Positions 39,668 through 49,182 of a stretch of DNA of 64,000 nt are shown here, piece after piece (the first letter of the stretch is position 1; each line of letters opens with the position of its first letter). The notes beneath the pieces are model-generated. The model saw nothing but the letters and a program-made list of their open reading frames with translations. It made no database searches and was not told the origin of the DNA. Origin of the DNA: a virus (Duplodnaviria > Caudoviricetes); IMG/VR virus record IMGVR_UViG_3300028907_000004, positions 1-64,000 of that record, one strand, 5' to 3'. The position numbers and the translations under genes were made by a program.

Positions 39668-39876
39668 ACATAGGCCGAAGTGAATACACACGACTGGTTC
39701 AGATTGAAGTGAAGTATCGGAAAATCATAGAACTCTACAAATGGATAGACGAATGCCTTGAAATGCTTGCGGACCTTACGGTTGATGACGATTCCAACGC
39801 CTACTATGATGCGGTAAACGTACTGGATGAAGCATATACCGAATTTCAAAAATACCTTCAGGAACTCACGTCATGA
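39664..39876 (+). CDS. Hypothetical protein
   Basis: 70 aa, acidic and helical. Confidence 0.45.
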   Translation: MNIGRSEYTRLVQIEVKYRKIIELYKWIDECLEMLADLTVDDDSNAYYDAVNVLDEAYTEFQKYLQELTS

Positions 39877-40055
39877 TATACCTTGGAATTGGATGGGAAG
39901 CTCTTGTTCTACTTTTCTTGCTATGGATTATCATTAGGGCCGTTCTGAAATCAATGGATAGGCGTCTTGATAAGATATTTTCTGTTTATGATGAGCGGGG
40001 AGGGGGAAAACGAGTACCCCGAAGGGGTACGAGTAAGGGGGAGGGGGATTCTTAA
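39873..40055 (+). CDS. Small membrane protein
   Basis: N-terminal TM segment. Confidence 0.4.
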   Translation: MIYLGIGWEALVLLFLLWIIIRAVLKSMDRRLDKIFSVYDERGGGKRVPRRGTSKGEGDS

Positions 40056-40131
40056 AATCATACGAAGTATGATTAAGAAGTGTTTACACTTCCGAAGGAA
40101 GTGTAAACAGCTTAGTGTTACGAAGTAACAC
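40014..40131 (+). other. Array of four c(GAA)g triloop DNA hairpins (candidate replication origin)
   Basis: GTACCCC-GAA-GGGGTAC; AATCATAC-GAA-GTATGATT; TGTTTACACTTCC-GAA-GGAAGTGTAAACA; GTGTTAC-GAA-GTAACAC. Confidence 0.8.
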
Positions 40132-40180
40132 GGTTAGTGCTATTAGGCGCGGGAGCGCGTAGAACACCGGAGCGTATCAT

Positions 40181-41068
40181 ATGGCCCTAAAACCGATGCT
40201 AACCAAAGCACCTTCCCCAATGGCTAAAAAGTTCAAGGAGGTTGTAAACAAGAAAGACAAACAAACCCCGGAACAACAATTATGGGACTTTTGGCGAAGT
40301 CTTCCCAATGGGATACGACATAAGGCCGGGAACTCCCAAACAAAGAAGCGTACCCTGAGCATGATTAAACTTATCATGTCTGGACAACTGGGTTCTGATA
40401 TACTGCCACTTGATAAAGAGTGGTTGCGAAAAAAGAACATACGCCTTGGTGTAGCTAAACGCCAATGGCCGATGCTTGCGTTGCGGACGGTCCTTGCCAA
40501 CATGAACGAATCTTTTGGCCCCGACGCCCCGGATTGGTTGATTGGCTTGAGTAAACGCCCATTACATGAGTTGCTGTATAACTCCCTCACCCAACGAAGT
40601 TGGTTTCTGGTGTTTTACCAAGAGGGCGCAATAAAGCCAGCAGAAGTGATAGAGCGTAGAATCATGGCCCCCTTTACAGACGACATGGTTGCGGCACTGA
40701 AAGAAATCACCGAGATCGTGACAACTATCAAGGGAGGCAACACATATCTGTCCCCAGTAGAGCGTTCTACGCTTCGCAGGATTACACGAGAAATCTGTGA
40801 CGTGTACAACGAAGTCCCATTGGAGAGGTGCGGTGCGTTCCGGCGCGAGTTTGGGACAGCGGCCAAGTTTGCCAAAGCGTACAAAGAACACGTGTACGAA
40901 AAGGCCATTGGGAAGACCGACCTTGAAGCGTGGCAGTTGGGTCTGAAGTGTAGCCTGTGGAATGAATTCTACACGGATATTATGTGCTTCTGTGGTAGAC
41001 GAGAGAAAGAAATTCTTGAGGTTGTAATAAAGAGACACCGGGAACGAAAAGACGCAGGAAACAGGTGA
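40181..41068 (+). CDS. Hypothetical protein (possible initiator/helicase loader)
   Basis: 295 aa directly before DnaB; role inferred from position only. Confidence 0.5.
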   Translation: MALKPMLTKAPSPMAKKFKEVVNKKDKQTPEQQLWDFWRSLPNGIRHKAGNSQTKKRTLSMIKLIMSGQLGSDILPLDKEWLRKKNIRLGVAKRQWPMLALRTVLANMNESFGPDAPDWLIGLSKRPLHELLYNSLTQRSWFLVFYQEGAIKPAEVIERRIMAPFTDDMVAALKEITEIVTTIKGGNTYLSPVERSTLRRITREICDVYNEVPLERCGAFRREFGTAAKFAKAYKEHVYEKAIGKTDLEAWQLGLKCSLWNEFYTDIMCFCGRREKEILEVVIKRHRERKDAGNR

Positions 41069-41069
41069 T

Positions 41070-42599
41070 ATGGCCATAAGCAGAAAGAAACTCGACGCAC
41101 GACTGGAAAAGCGCATACTGACCGGCATGATCGTCAGCCGGGAGTACCTGAAACAGATACACCCCATTTTCAAGTCTGAACTTTTTGAAGTCCCGTTTAT
41201 TGCGACAATAGCCCAATGGTGCATAGACCACTTTGAACAGTACGACACGGCCCCTGGCCTAGAAATTCAAAACATCTATGCTTACCATGCCAAGAACAAG
41301 CTACAGGAAGATCAAGCCGAACTGATCGCAGAGTTTCTACAGCGTCTGTCCAGTGAATGGGATGCCTCGCAAGAACTCAATGTTCCATACTTGATCGACC
41401 AGACAGAACAGCGGTTCAAGGAAAGGGCCATGCGCATGGCCCTTGAGGACGCCGAAGCCTACCTGTCCAAAGGCGAAATCCTTGAAGCCGAAAAGCTGCT
41501 GACAGGATTCAAAGCCCCCATGCGACCTAGTGCCGTGGGGGTTGATCCTTTTTTGGACTCTGAAGCAATCTATGACGCCGTTGGAGATCACGACTCCAAT
41601 GCGCTGTTTGCCCTTCCCGGCGATTTGGGGAAGATGCTGGGACCCTTTGAGCGGGAATCGTTTTGGGGCATACTAGCCCCGGAAAAGCGCGGCAAGTCGT
41701 GGCGAATGATTGACATAGCAAACAGGGCCTGGAAGAAACGGTTCCGCGTGGCTATGTTCCAATGCGGCGATATGTCCCAAAGAGCTACCACGGCGCGTAT
41801 TCATTCCAACCTGACGGGAAGACACCCCCGGTACTTCGGCAGATTCCTTATGCCTGTGCTGGATTGCGCGTGGAATCAAGACAATTCGTGTACGGCGCGA
41901 CAGAGAGCCTGCGATTTCGGCGTGCTAGGCAGAAAGGGCCAAATGATGACGTATGAAGAGGCCCCGGACTACGTGCCGTGTTCCTTCTGCCAGCGCAAGT
42001 ACCCGGATGCTTTCAAGGGGGCGGTATGGTACAGGGAAGAAAGCACAGAAAGGCTGAACTTCCAGTATGCGGTAAACTACGCCCAAAAGCTCTCAAAACG
42101 CTACAGGGCCCAACCTTTTAAGCTGTCCACCTATCCGACCAAGACCGTAAATGTCAAGATGATCAACGCCCAGTTAGACATATGGGAAAACACCGAAGGG
42201 TGGGTGCCGGACTTCGTAATCATCGACTATGCGGACATTTTGGCCCCGGAAGACCCGCGAAAAGAATTTCGCCACCAGCAGAACGAAAGTTGGGAGGCGT
42301 TGCGGGCTTTATCCCTAGATCGCAAGTGCTGCGTCATAACGGCCACACAGGCAACGAAAGACGCACACAAGAAGAGACAAACCGGAGTGACCGATATATC
42401 GGAAGACAAAAGAAAGCTCGCACACGTTACGAATATGATCGCCCTCAACCAAACTCCGGAGGAAAAGAGGGCCGGAATCATGAGAATATCACAATTAGCT
42501 GTTCGAGAGGATGAATTTGACGTAGAGGCCAATGTCTGCGTTCTTCAACAATTACGGGTAGGTAATCCCTGTATTGCTAGTTATTTTGATAAAGAGTAA
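41070..42599 (+). CDS. dnaB: DnaB-like replicative helicase
   Basis: ILAPEKRGKS Walker A, VIIDYADIL, VITATQ, ISEDKRK. Confidence 0.88.
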   Translation: MAISRKKLDARLEKRILTGMIVSREYLKQIHPIFKSELFEVPFIATIAQWCIDHFEQYDTAPGLEIQNIYAYHAKNKLQEDQAELIAEFLQRLSSEWDASQELNVPYLIDQTEQRFKERAMRMALEDAEAYLSKGEILEAEKLLTGFKAPMRPSAVGVDPFLDSEAIYDAVGDHDSNALFALPGDLGKMLGPFERESFWGILAPEKRGKSWRMIDIANRAWKKRFRVAMFQCGDMSQRATTARIHSNLTGRHPRYFGRFLMPVLDCAWNQDNSCTARQRACDFGVLGRKGQMMTYEEAPDYVPCSFCQRKYPDAFKGAVWYREESTERLNFQYAVNYAQKLSKRYRAQPFKLSTYPTKTVNVKMINAQLDIWENTEGWVPDFVIIDYADILAPEDPRKEFRHQQNESWEALRALSLDRKCCVITATQATKDAHKKRQTGVTDISEDKRKLAHVTNMIALNQTPEEKRAGIMRISQLAVREDEFDVEANVCVLQQLRVGNPCIASYFDKE

Positions 42600-42697
42600 A
42601 ATTTTTCTTGACTTTGAAAAACTTCTCCTGTAAATAACTTCATACGCGGACAACACGCAAACGAAATTCAACTCAAGTTTCAAAAGGAGAGAACATC

Positions 42698-43504
42698 ATG
42701 GCAAAGAAAGTCGAAAAGAAGGAAAAGGGGTTTTGTGGCGTCAAGGGTCTGACCGAAGACATGCTGATCGCCGCCGCCGAAGACCTGAACGCCTCCATTG
42801 GCCTTGATCCGGCCATCGACGTGGAAGACCTCGAAGGCGAAGAACTTCTGGAAGCCGTCAAGACGGGCATGAGCGAAGTCTACACCGCCGACCAGCTGGA
42901 AGACGACACCTGGAAGGTGATGGAACTCCTGGGCATCGAAGCGCAGGAAGCCCCCGAAGAGGAAGAACCGGAACCGGAAGAGAAGCCCAAGGCCAAGGCC
43001 GGCAAGAAGGCTTCCAAGAAGACCGAACCGGAACCGGAAGACGACGACAACGGCGACGATGATGGCGACGATGATGGCGGGGAAGAAGAGGCCCCGAAGT
43101 CCAAGAAGGGCAAGGCCGCTCCCGCCCCGGCCAAGGGCAAGAAGGCCGCGCCCAAGGAAGAGCCGGAAGATGACGGCGATGGCGACGACGATGAGCCGAA
43201 GGCCAAGAAGGGTGCGAAGGCCAAGGCCGAACCCGCCAAGAAAGCCGCTCCCAAGAAGGCCAACGACGGCCCCAAGTACAGCCGTTCTGACGCCTTCGGG
43301 GAAACCCTGATGGCCGGCAAGAAGAACAAGAAGTCCCTGGCCCAGATCATCGAAGATTCCGACGCGCTGTACAGCGAAAACACCGGACGCCGCAGCAATC
43401 CGAAGGAATCCGCCTGGTGCGCCAATCTGTCCCTGAAGGCCCTGGCCGCTTGCGGCTACGTCAAAGTGGACGGCGACAGCGTCGAAATTCTGGTCCGGCC
43501 CTAG
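42698..43504 (+). CDS. Acidic/Lys-rich low-complexity protein
   Basis: AAAGGAG RBS; folded-looking termini separated by alternating D/E and K/A/P blocks. Confidence 0.7.
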   Translation: MAKKVEKKEKGFCGVKGLTEDMLIAAAEDLNASIGLDPAIDVEDLEGEELLEAVKTGMSEVYTADQLEDDTWKVMELLGIEAQEAPEEEEPEPEEKPKAKAGKKASKKTEPEPEDDDNGDDDGDDDGGEEEAPKSKKGKAAPAPAKGKKAAPKEEPEDDGDGDDDEPKAKKGAKAKAEPAKKAAPKKANDGPKYSRSDAFGETLMAGKKNKKSLAQIIEDSDALYSENTGRRSNPKESAWCANLSLKALAACGYVKVDGDSVEILVRP

Positions 43505-43777
43505 CGTCTTATGGTGACGCTGATACTCCTGGCCGAATGGTTACCCACTCCCCGTAACCTTCGGCTGGGAACCCCCACCCGGAAAACGGGCACGAAGCCC
43601 GCAACGACTACCGCACCGCAGAGGCCGGTGGCTGGTCTGGGGAGAGATAACGACAGAACGCCCTGTGAACGGCGTAATTGGAAAGCGCGGCCCCAGCCGT
43701 CCCGCCTACCATAACGGGACCACGCAACATCCGGGCCCAACCCGCCCCCGGCCAGCTTCGGGGGCGGGTTTCTTTTT
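43503..43777 (+). ncRNA. Candidate structured RNA/leader ending in a terminator
   Basis: At least 7 hairpins in a 275-nt intergenic gap (see findings). Confidence 0.45.
43739..43777 (+). terminator. Rho-independent terminator
   Basis: Perfect 12-bp stem AACCCGCCCCCG/CGGGGGCGGGTT plus TCTTTTT. Confidence 0.8.
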
Positions 43778-43796
43778 CAGAAAAAGAGAGGTTGTT

Positions 43797-44879
43797 ATGA
43801 AAAGACTCAAGACCCCGTTGACCATTCGTGGGGATTGCTTGTACTGCCCGCTTTCTCTTTCCCTCGACACCTACTGGAACTGTCTTTGTGACTGTTTGCA
43901 TTGCTACCTTCGCCGCTTGAATAGGACTTGGGGAACGGACCTGCGCCCCGTAGAGCACGAGCTTGTGGAAAGAATCCTCACCAACGGTCTGAAGAACAAG
44001 AACCCCAAGACGCCGCTTGCGCACGCCCTAGCCGCCAAGAAGACGCTTCGCTTTGGAAACAAAGCCGATCCCTTTCAACCCGCTGAAAGAATCTACCTTG
44101 TAAGCGCAGAAGCCCTTCGCGCACTCAAAAAACTCCAATGGTCCTTCGTAATCCAGACCATGGTTACTGACGTTATGATGGACTACGAGCGCATCATAAT
44201 GAATTGTCGGGACTTCGCTTGGATTCAGCCTATTATCAGCCCCGGCATGGAAAAGGACTGGGAAGTTCTGGAGCGTAAGCGCACGACAAACCCGATCCAA
44301 CGCCTAGAGCATCTTGTTGCCTTGAAGAAGCAGGGCATGCGCGTAGCTGTAAATGGTGAGCCCTTTATTCCCGGCTTCCATACGGTTCAGGATTTTGAAG
44401 ATACATGTAAACTTCTCCGGTCCTACGGCATCCGAAGATACAACACCTATAACTTTCACTTCAACGATCATGTGGCCAAGAATATGCACGAAGCTGGCAT
44501 AGACATCCGGGCCATTTACGAAAACAACCAAGACGGGCCTTGGAAGAAAATACTCGTCCAGTTGTTAGATATTGCCAAGAAATACGACATTCTGTTGGGC
44601 TGTCCGGACTTTGTGAATACAGGCCCGCAATATCGGGAAATGGCCAATACCTGCTGCGGCGTAGACGTTTCCAACCCAATGACCTTCAATACGCATACAT
44701 GGAAACGTATGATCCAAGACGGGGTTCCCCTTGAGGAAATCTACGAGTCCACCAAAGACGGCGTAGGGGATGAGGAAGAGGGCCGCAAAGTGCTGTTTGG
44801 GGAAGGTCCGCAAGGAATCTATACGATGGAAGATGCCGGACTTGTAAAGAAGGGTAAAGTTCTGGACACCAAGGAGTAG
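43797..44879 (+). CDS. Radical SAM enzyme, SPL-like (1)
   Basis: CLCDCLHC (CxxxCxxC); GNKADPFQPAE; NGEPFIPG. Confidence 0.85.
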   Translation: MKRLKTPLTIRGDCLYCPLSLSLDTYWNCLCDCLHCYLRRLNRTWGTDLRPVEHELVERILTNGLKNKNPKTPLAHALAAKKTLRFGNKADPFQPAERIYLVSAEALRALKKLQWSFVIQTMVTDVMMDYERIIMNCRDFAWIQPIISPGMEKDWEVLERKRTTNPIQRLEHLVALKKQGMRVAVNGEPFIPGFHTVQDFEDTCKLLRSYGIRRYNTYNFHFNDHVAKNMHEAGIDIRAIYENNQDGPWKKILVQLLDIAKKYDILLGCPDFVNTGPQYREMANTCCGVDVSNPMTFNTHTWKRMIQDGVPLEEIYESTKDGVGDEEEGRKVLFGEGPQGIYTMEDAGLVKKGKVLDTKE

Positions 44880-44881
44880 CC

Positions 44882-45748
44882 ATGCTGATACACACCCCGG
44901 TAGAGAAGTACAGTGGCATCTATGTGAAAAGGGAGGATATGGCCGTAAACGATCCCACGGCCCCGCCCTTTTCCAAGATGCGTGGAGTTCTGGCGCATCT
45001 TACCAAGTTACGTGATTCCGGCATCAGAACAGTAGGATACGCCGAAAGTGCCATTTCTATGGCTGGTTGGGGACTTGCTTGGACCGCCCGGCAGCTTGGC
45101 CTTCAAGCGGTTATTTTTGCCCCTGTGTACAAATGCGACCACCCATATCTTGAAGTGTTGCGTATGCATAGAAAACACTGGGAGCGTCTTGGGGCACAAA
45201 TAGTGCCCATGCCGGCGGGACGTACCAAGATCATTTATTATCAGGGCCGGAAGTGGATGGAGGACCATTACCCGAAAAACAGCGAAATGTTGCCCATCGG
45301 TATGAGTTTCCCCGAAACCGTAGAGGCTACTGCCGCAGAGTACGTTTGGACGCTGAAAGAGTACAAACTCCAGCCCAAAAACGTCGTGTTGTGCGTAGGA
45401 AGCGGAACCATTGCCGCCGGGGTGGCACGAGGAATTGCGGAGAGCAATTTGAAAACGAAGCTCTGGGGAATACTCACGCGGGACGGTAGCGTGCCGGAAA
45501 AACTGCGCTACATGGAAAAACTCGCAGGGTTTCCTCTATCCTCCGAGGGCATGCTGGGCACGTTCTCTTCCGCTTCGGTTACATTGCTGAGTTCTGGGTT
45601 CGAATACACACAGAAATCCAAGATCGTTGTCCCCTTTCCCTGCAATCCCTATTACGACGCAAAAGCGTGGGAGTGGCTTGCTAGCAGAAAGTCTACCTAC
45701 GAAGAATTTAACAGAAAACAAACGCTTTTTTGGAACATCGGGGCCTAG
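44882..45748 (+). CDS. PLP-dependent enzyme, fold type II
   Basis: TPVE...IYVKRED...SKMRG (PLP lysine); CVGSGTIAAG phosphate loop. Confidence 0.85.
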   Translation: MLIHTPVEKYSGIYVKREDMAVNDPTAPPFSKMRGVLAHLTKLRDSGIRTVGYAESAISMAGWGLAWTARQLGLQAVIFAPVYKCDHPYLEVLRMHRKHWERLGAQIVPMPAGRTKIIYYQGRKWMEDHYPKNSEMLPIGMSFPETVEATAAEYVWTLKEYKLQPKNVVLCVGSGTIAAGVARGIAESNLKTKLWGILTRDGSVPEKLRYMEKLAGFPLSSEGMLGTFSSASVTLLSSGFEYTQKSKIVVPFPCNPYYDAKAWEWLASRKSTYEEFNRKQTLFWNIGA

Positions 45749-45779
45749 TCTGTAAATATCCTCGTAGGAGGACAAAAAT

Positions 45780-46454
45780 ATGAAACTCGACGCATTTGTT
45801 GAATTACGCAATAGGCTTCTAGCCAAAGACCCCAATTTCATCGTCATACGCAAAACCCCGGCGGTACTGAACGCACTAGGCCCGTCCAACGACGGCAAGG
45901 TGTGGTATTGGGACGCGGTAAACGGAAGGGCCATTCTTGTGTACACGGTGGAGTCCGCGGCCAACCTAGCCGCCGACTTCTCCAAATACGAAAAAAGGGC
46001 CGAACAGTTCCTCAACAAACTCCTCAATCAGCCCATTAAGCCGTTGTCTTTTGGAATCACGCAGACGAAAGAAGACTGGTTCGACAAGATATTTAGGGAA
46101 GCGGCGACGAAGATTTGTAAAGAAATAAAAAACGACAGAGCTTTCTTCGTTACAATGGAGCCTGGCGACTATGTTGTTTGGGAAGTTGTAGACGATCCCG
46201 CGAAGGAAGTGGATGTCCAGTTTTACTCCCGACTGTCCCCAGATATTGAGAACCGCTTTTCCCGAAAGACCAGAAATCAGACTTCCGGAATAATCCACAT
46301 GTTGTTGGACTTGACATTTCCCGACAATTCCAATATCATGTTTTTCTTCGGAAAGTATGAGCGCGAAGACGGTTCCATCTTTCTGGAAGTGAAAGGCGGC
46401 TACAAGAAACAACAGGGCATCGTTATTCAGTTCAATGACGTAACTCGCATCTAG
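45780..46454 (+). CDS. Hypothetical protein
   Basis: GGAGG RBS; 224 aa inside the enzyme cluster. Confidence 0.6.
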   Translation: MKLDAFVELRNRLLAKDPNFIVIRKTPAVLNALGPSNDGKVWYWDAVNGRAILVYTVESAANLAADFSKYEKRAEQFLNKLLNQPIKPLSFGITQTKEDWFDKIFREAATKICKEIKNDRAFFVTMEPGDYVVWEVVDDPAKEVDVQFYSRLSPDIENRFSRKTRNQTSGIIHMLLDLTFPDNSNIMFFFGKYEREDGSIFLEVKGGYKKQQGIVIQFNDVTRI

Positions 46455-46464
46455 TGGAGAGACA

Positions 46465-47901
46465 ATGACCAAGAAAGAACTTCTTCAGATGGATTACTGG
46501 GAACTGCGTAAAGTGGTTTCCAAACTCGTTCCTCGCACGTTCCGTCTTCGGGAAGACGCCAGAAAGGGCGAAGCGGTCAAGGAAAAGGGCAGAAAAAAGA
46601 ATTACCACCAATACGATCTGGTGGGACAGGAAATGACCAAGCGGGAACGCCTTCTGAATACGGAAGAGGTCAACAGCTTTCTCGAAATATCCTGCCGGGC
46701 CCAAGCCTGCCCTATGCCGCTGAATTTGGACGTGTATGACGGCCTTCTTTGTGGCTTCAAATGCATCTATTGCTACGCCGACGCCTTCCGCGCCTCCCTG
46801 TACACATCTTTCTTCGATAACAGCAAATCCGTGGGACTTCGCCACTGTAATCCGGACTTCTACAAGGCGAAGCTGGACGATCTGTTCAATAAGTCCCTGG
46901 GAAAAGACCCGTTGGAAATCAAGAGCGACGTTGGAAAGGCTCTGGCCAAGCGCATTCCCATTCGTTTCGGTATTCGGTTTGAAGACTTTCTGCCCGCAGA
47001 AAAGTCGAAAGGGATCAGCCTGGAACTTCTGAATTACCTCCGGAAAGCCCAGTACCCGCTGATGATCAACACCAAGTCCAACCTCGTAGGCGAAGACGCC
47101 TACGTGAAGGCTTTGAGTGGGAATAAGGCCAAGACCGCCGTACACATCACTATGATTTCCTGTGACGAAGACTTCTTGCGGGTAATTGAGCCGGGGGCAC
47201 CCACCTTTGAAAAACGCATCCAAGCTGCCAAGAATCTCGTGGACGCTGGCGTGCGTGCCGTTGCCCGAATCGAACCCTATATGGTGTTCTTGAACGATTC
47301 GCAGGACATGGTTCAAGAATACTTTGGACGAATGAAGGAAGCTGGGGTCACGCATCTTACCTTTGACACATACTCCTATTCCGCCAACAACCCCGGAATC
47401 CGCCAGAATTTTGTTAGAAGGGGCTATGACTGGGAACGTATGTTCCTCCTTACCTCCGATTCCCAGGCCATAGGCTCGCTCCTGCTCTCTAAATTCATGG
47501 AGATGTTTAGAGAGCAGGGGTTTTCCGCTTCCAGTTTTGATATGGGCGGCGTTCCCGATAACAACGACCCCATTTGTTGTTCTGTAGGCGATTGGTTTAA
47601 GGATGCTGGCTATAATTGGGGTTGCGTGGTTGGGGCGGTTCGGTACATCAAGGAACGCGGCCTGAAGCCTACGTCGTGGAATAATTTCCACAGATACGTG
47701 ATGCGCAACGGCGGCTTCCTATCTAGGGTTCTTGAAGAAGAGGTCAAGGAACTCTGGAACCTGGAAGGAAATGCGTCCTACTTCGTCAATTGGGGTCGCG
47801 GTATTGAGCCTTGCGGTCATGATGAGCATGGAATCCTCTGGCATTACAGGGAAAACCCCGAAACCGACTTTCGCTATAAAATACTGGAGGGGGTGGTATA
47901 A
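46465..47901 (+). CDS. Radical SAM enzyme, SPL-like (2)
   Basis: CGFKCIYC; GIRFEDFLPAE; INTKS; IEPGAPTFEKRIQA; ARIEPY. Confidence 0.85.
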   Translation: MTKKELLQMDYWELRKVVSKLVPRTFRLREDARKGEAVKEKGRKKNYHQYDLVGQEMTKRERLLNTEEVNSFLEISCRAQACPMPLNLDVYDGLLCGFKCIYCYADAFRASLYTSFFDNSKSVGLRHCNPDFYKAKLDDLFNKSLGKDPLEIKSDVGKALAKRIPIRFGIRFEDFLPAEKSKGISLELLNYLRKAQYPLMINTKSNLVGEDAYVKALSGNKAKTAVHITMISCDEDFLRVIEPGAPTFEKRIQAAKNLVDAGVRAVARIEPYMVFLNDSQDMVQEYFGRMKEAGVTHLTFDTYSYSANNPGIRQNFVRRGYDWERMFLLTSDSQAIGSLLLSKFMEMFREQGFSASSFDMGGVPDNNDPICCSVGDWFKDAGYNWGCVVGAVRYIKERGLKPTSWNNFHRYVMRNGGFLSRVLEEEVKELWNLEGNASYFVNWGRGIEPCGHDEHGILWHYRENPETDFRYKILEGVV

Positions 47902-48159
47902 ATGGAATTTAGCTATTTGAAGTTTCTCCTATACGCAGGGGGGCTTGCCGTCTTTCTTTTCTTTTTCAACATGTGGTATTTTCGCCGTCTTCAGACAGCA
48001 GCAGCCCGTCGTCAGAGAAAAGAAGAAGAGGCGCATATCGAAAACATAAAGAAATGGAAAAGCTACGCTGTTACTTGTAAGAAGTTTGAGAACGGCGAAT
48101 GCGACCTGTCCATTGCTTGTGATACTTGTTCATATTATAAGGAGCCTGAAGATGAGTAA
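47902..48159 (+). CDS. Small membrane protein with Cys tail
   Basis: N-terminal TM; C...C...CDTC. Confidence 0.45.
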   Translation: MEFSYLKFLLYAGGLAVFLFFFNMWYFRRLQTAAARRQRKEEEAHIENIKKWKSYAVTCKKFENGECDLSIACDTCSYYKEPEDE

Positions 48160-48961
48160 GAAGGTCAATAAACTTCCAGAAGAAACAATGAAACAAATCT
48201 TCGCACACGCGGTAGCCCTGGATCAGAACGGCAGGTTGAGAAATACCATCTACGCGAAGGATTCCACCGTGTACGTCCTGAACTCTGACAACACTGTTCT
48301 GCTTCGCTTCAGTACGAGCCAGCCCCTTCCGATTGACGGCGAAGTCCGTTTCAAGGCGTCCGACTACGAAGGCGACAGCTTCCAAATCGAAGACGGCAAG
48401 ATGGTATTCACGACTCGTTGCGGCGGCGTGGAAAGAAAGAAGTCCTGCGGCCTTCCGGACCTGACCTTTGCTGATGTGGAACACATCTTCGATTCTCATG
48501 AGCCGGATACCGATGAGCCGTTTGCCGCCGCCCTGGTCCTGACGAAGGACATCGTTTCCATCCTCGACGAGAACCTTTCTCATGTCGAAATTAGTGGCGA
48601 TAAGAAGACGGGGTGGCTCATAGTCCAGCGGGACATCTACAGCGGCGCAAAAGTGGAAATACGGCAGATCAAGGCACACGGTATGGGCGTACACGATGCG
48701 TCCGAAGTGAGCCAGAACTTCGGCCCCATCGGTTTGCGCACCAACGACTTCATTGCCCTGTTCCTGTTCCACGGTTCGATCAACTTTGCTTTCCAGTTAC
48801 TGGAAAAACGCGTTGTCTATATCGAAGCGGAAACGGCGGCATACGATCTGAAAGGCGTAGTTGCCCAGTGCGTCTACGATGAGATGGGCACTATAGGGGC
48901 CACAATTTCCGAGGAATCCGAGGAAAAAAAGAAACCTACTAGACGAACCACAAAGAAGTAG
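48152..48961 (+). CDS. Hypothetical protein, possibly sliding-clamp fold
   Basis: About 250 aa with two helix-plus-strands halves; AAGGAG RBS; fold call is tentative. Confidence 0.5.
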   Translation: MSKKVNKLPEETMKQIFAHAVALDQNGRLRNTIYAKDSTVYVLNSDNTVLLRFSTSQPLPIDGEVRFKASDYEGDSFQIEDGKMVFTTRCGGVERKKSCGLPDLTFADVEHIFDSHEPDTDEPFAAALVLTKDIVSILDENLSHVEISGDKKTGWLIVQRDIYSGAKVEIRQIKAHGMGVHDASEVSQNFGPIGLRTNDFIALFLFHGSINFAFQLLEKRVVYIEAETAAYDLKGVVAQCVYDEMGTIGATISEESEEKKKPTRRTTKK

Positions 48962-49000
48962 CTAGAAGGTTTGTAAATACTTTCAACGGAGGGAGTTTCT

Positions 49001-49150
49001 ATGGGAGGAAAGAGCAGAAAGACGGGAGGCGTCAGCAAGGCCCTCATCGACAAGCTCACCGGATCGCAGGTACAAAAGGAACGTAAAGGCAAATCCAAAC
49101 AATCCAAGTCCGACGCTGCCGACAAGAAGGCGGGGATGGGCGTAGGATAA
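49001..49150 (+). CDS. Small basic peptide (MGGKSRK...)
   Basis: GGAGGGAG RBS; 49 aa, Lys/Gly/Ser-rich. Confidence 0.55.
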   Translation: MGGKSRKTGGVSKALIDKLTGSQVQKERKGKSKQSKSDAADKKAGMGVG

Positions 49151-49182
49151 ATCACCAAAACACCGTAAAGGAGAAACAGACC

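Noticed and set aside
43560-43615. Cobalamin riboswitch resemblance (GGGAA...GCCCGCAAC)
   Set aside because: It lacks the GGTGnAAnTCC and ACTGT elements, so the similarity is too partial.
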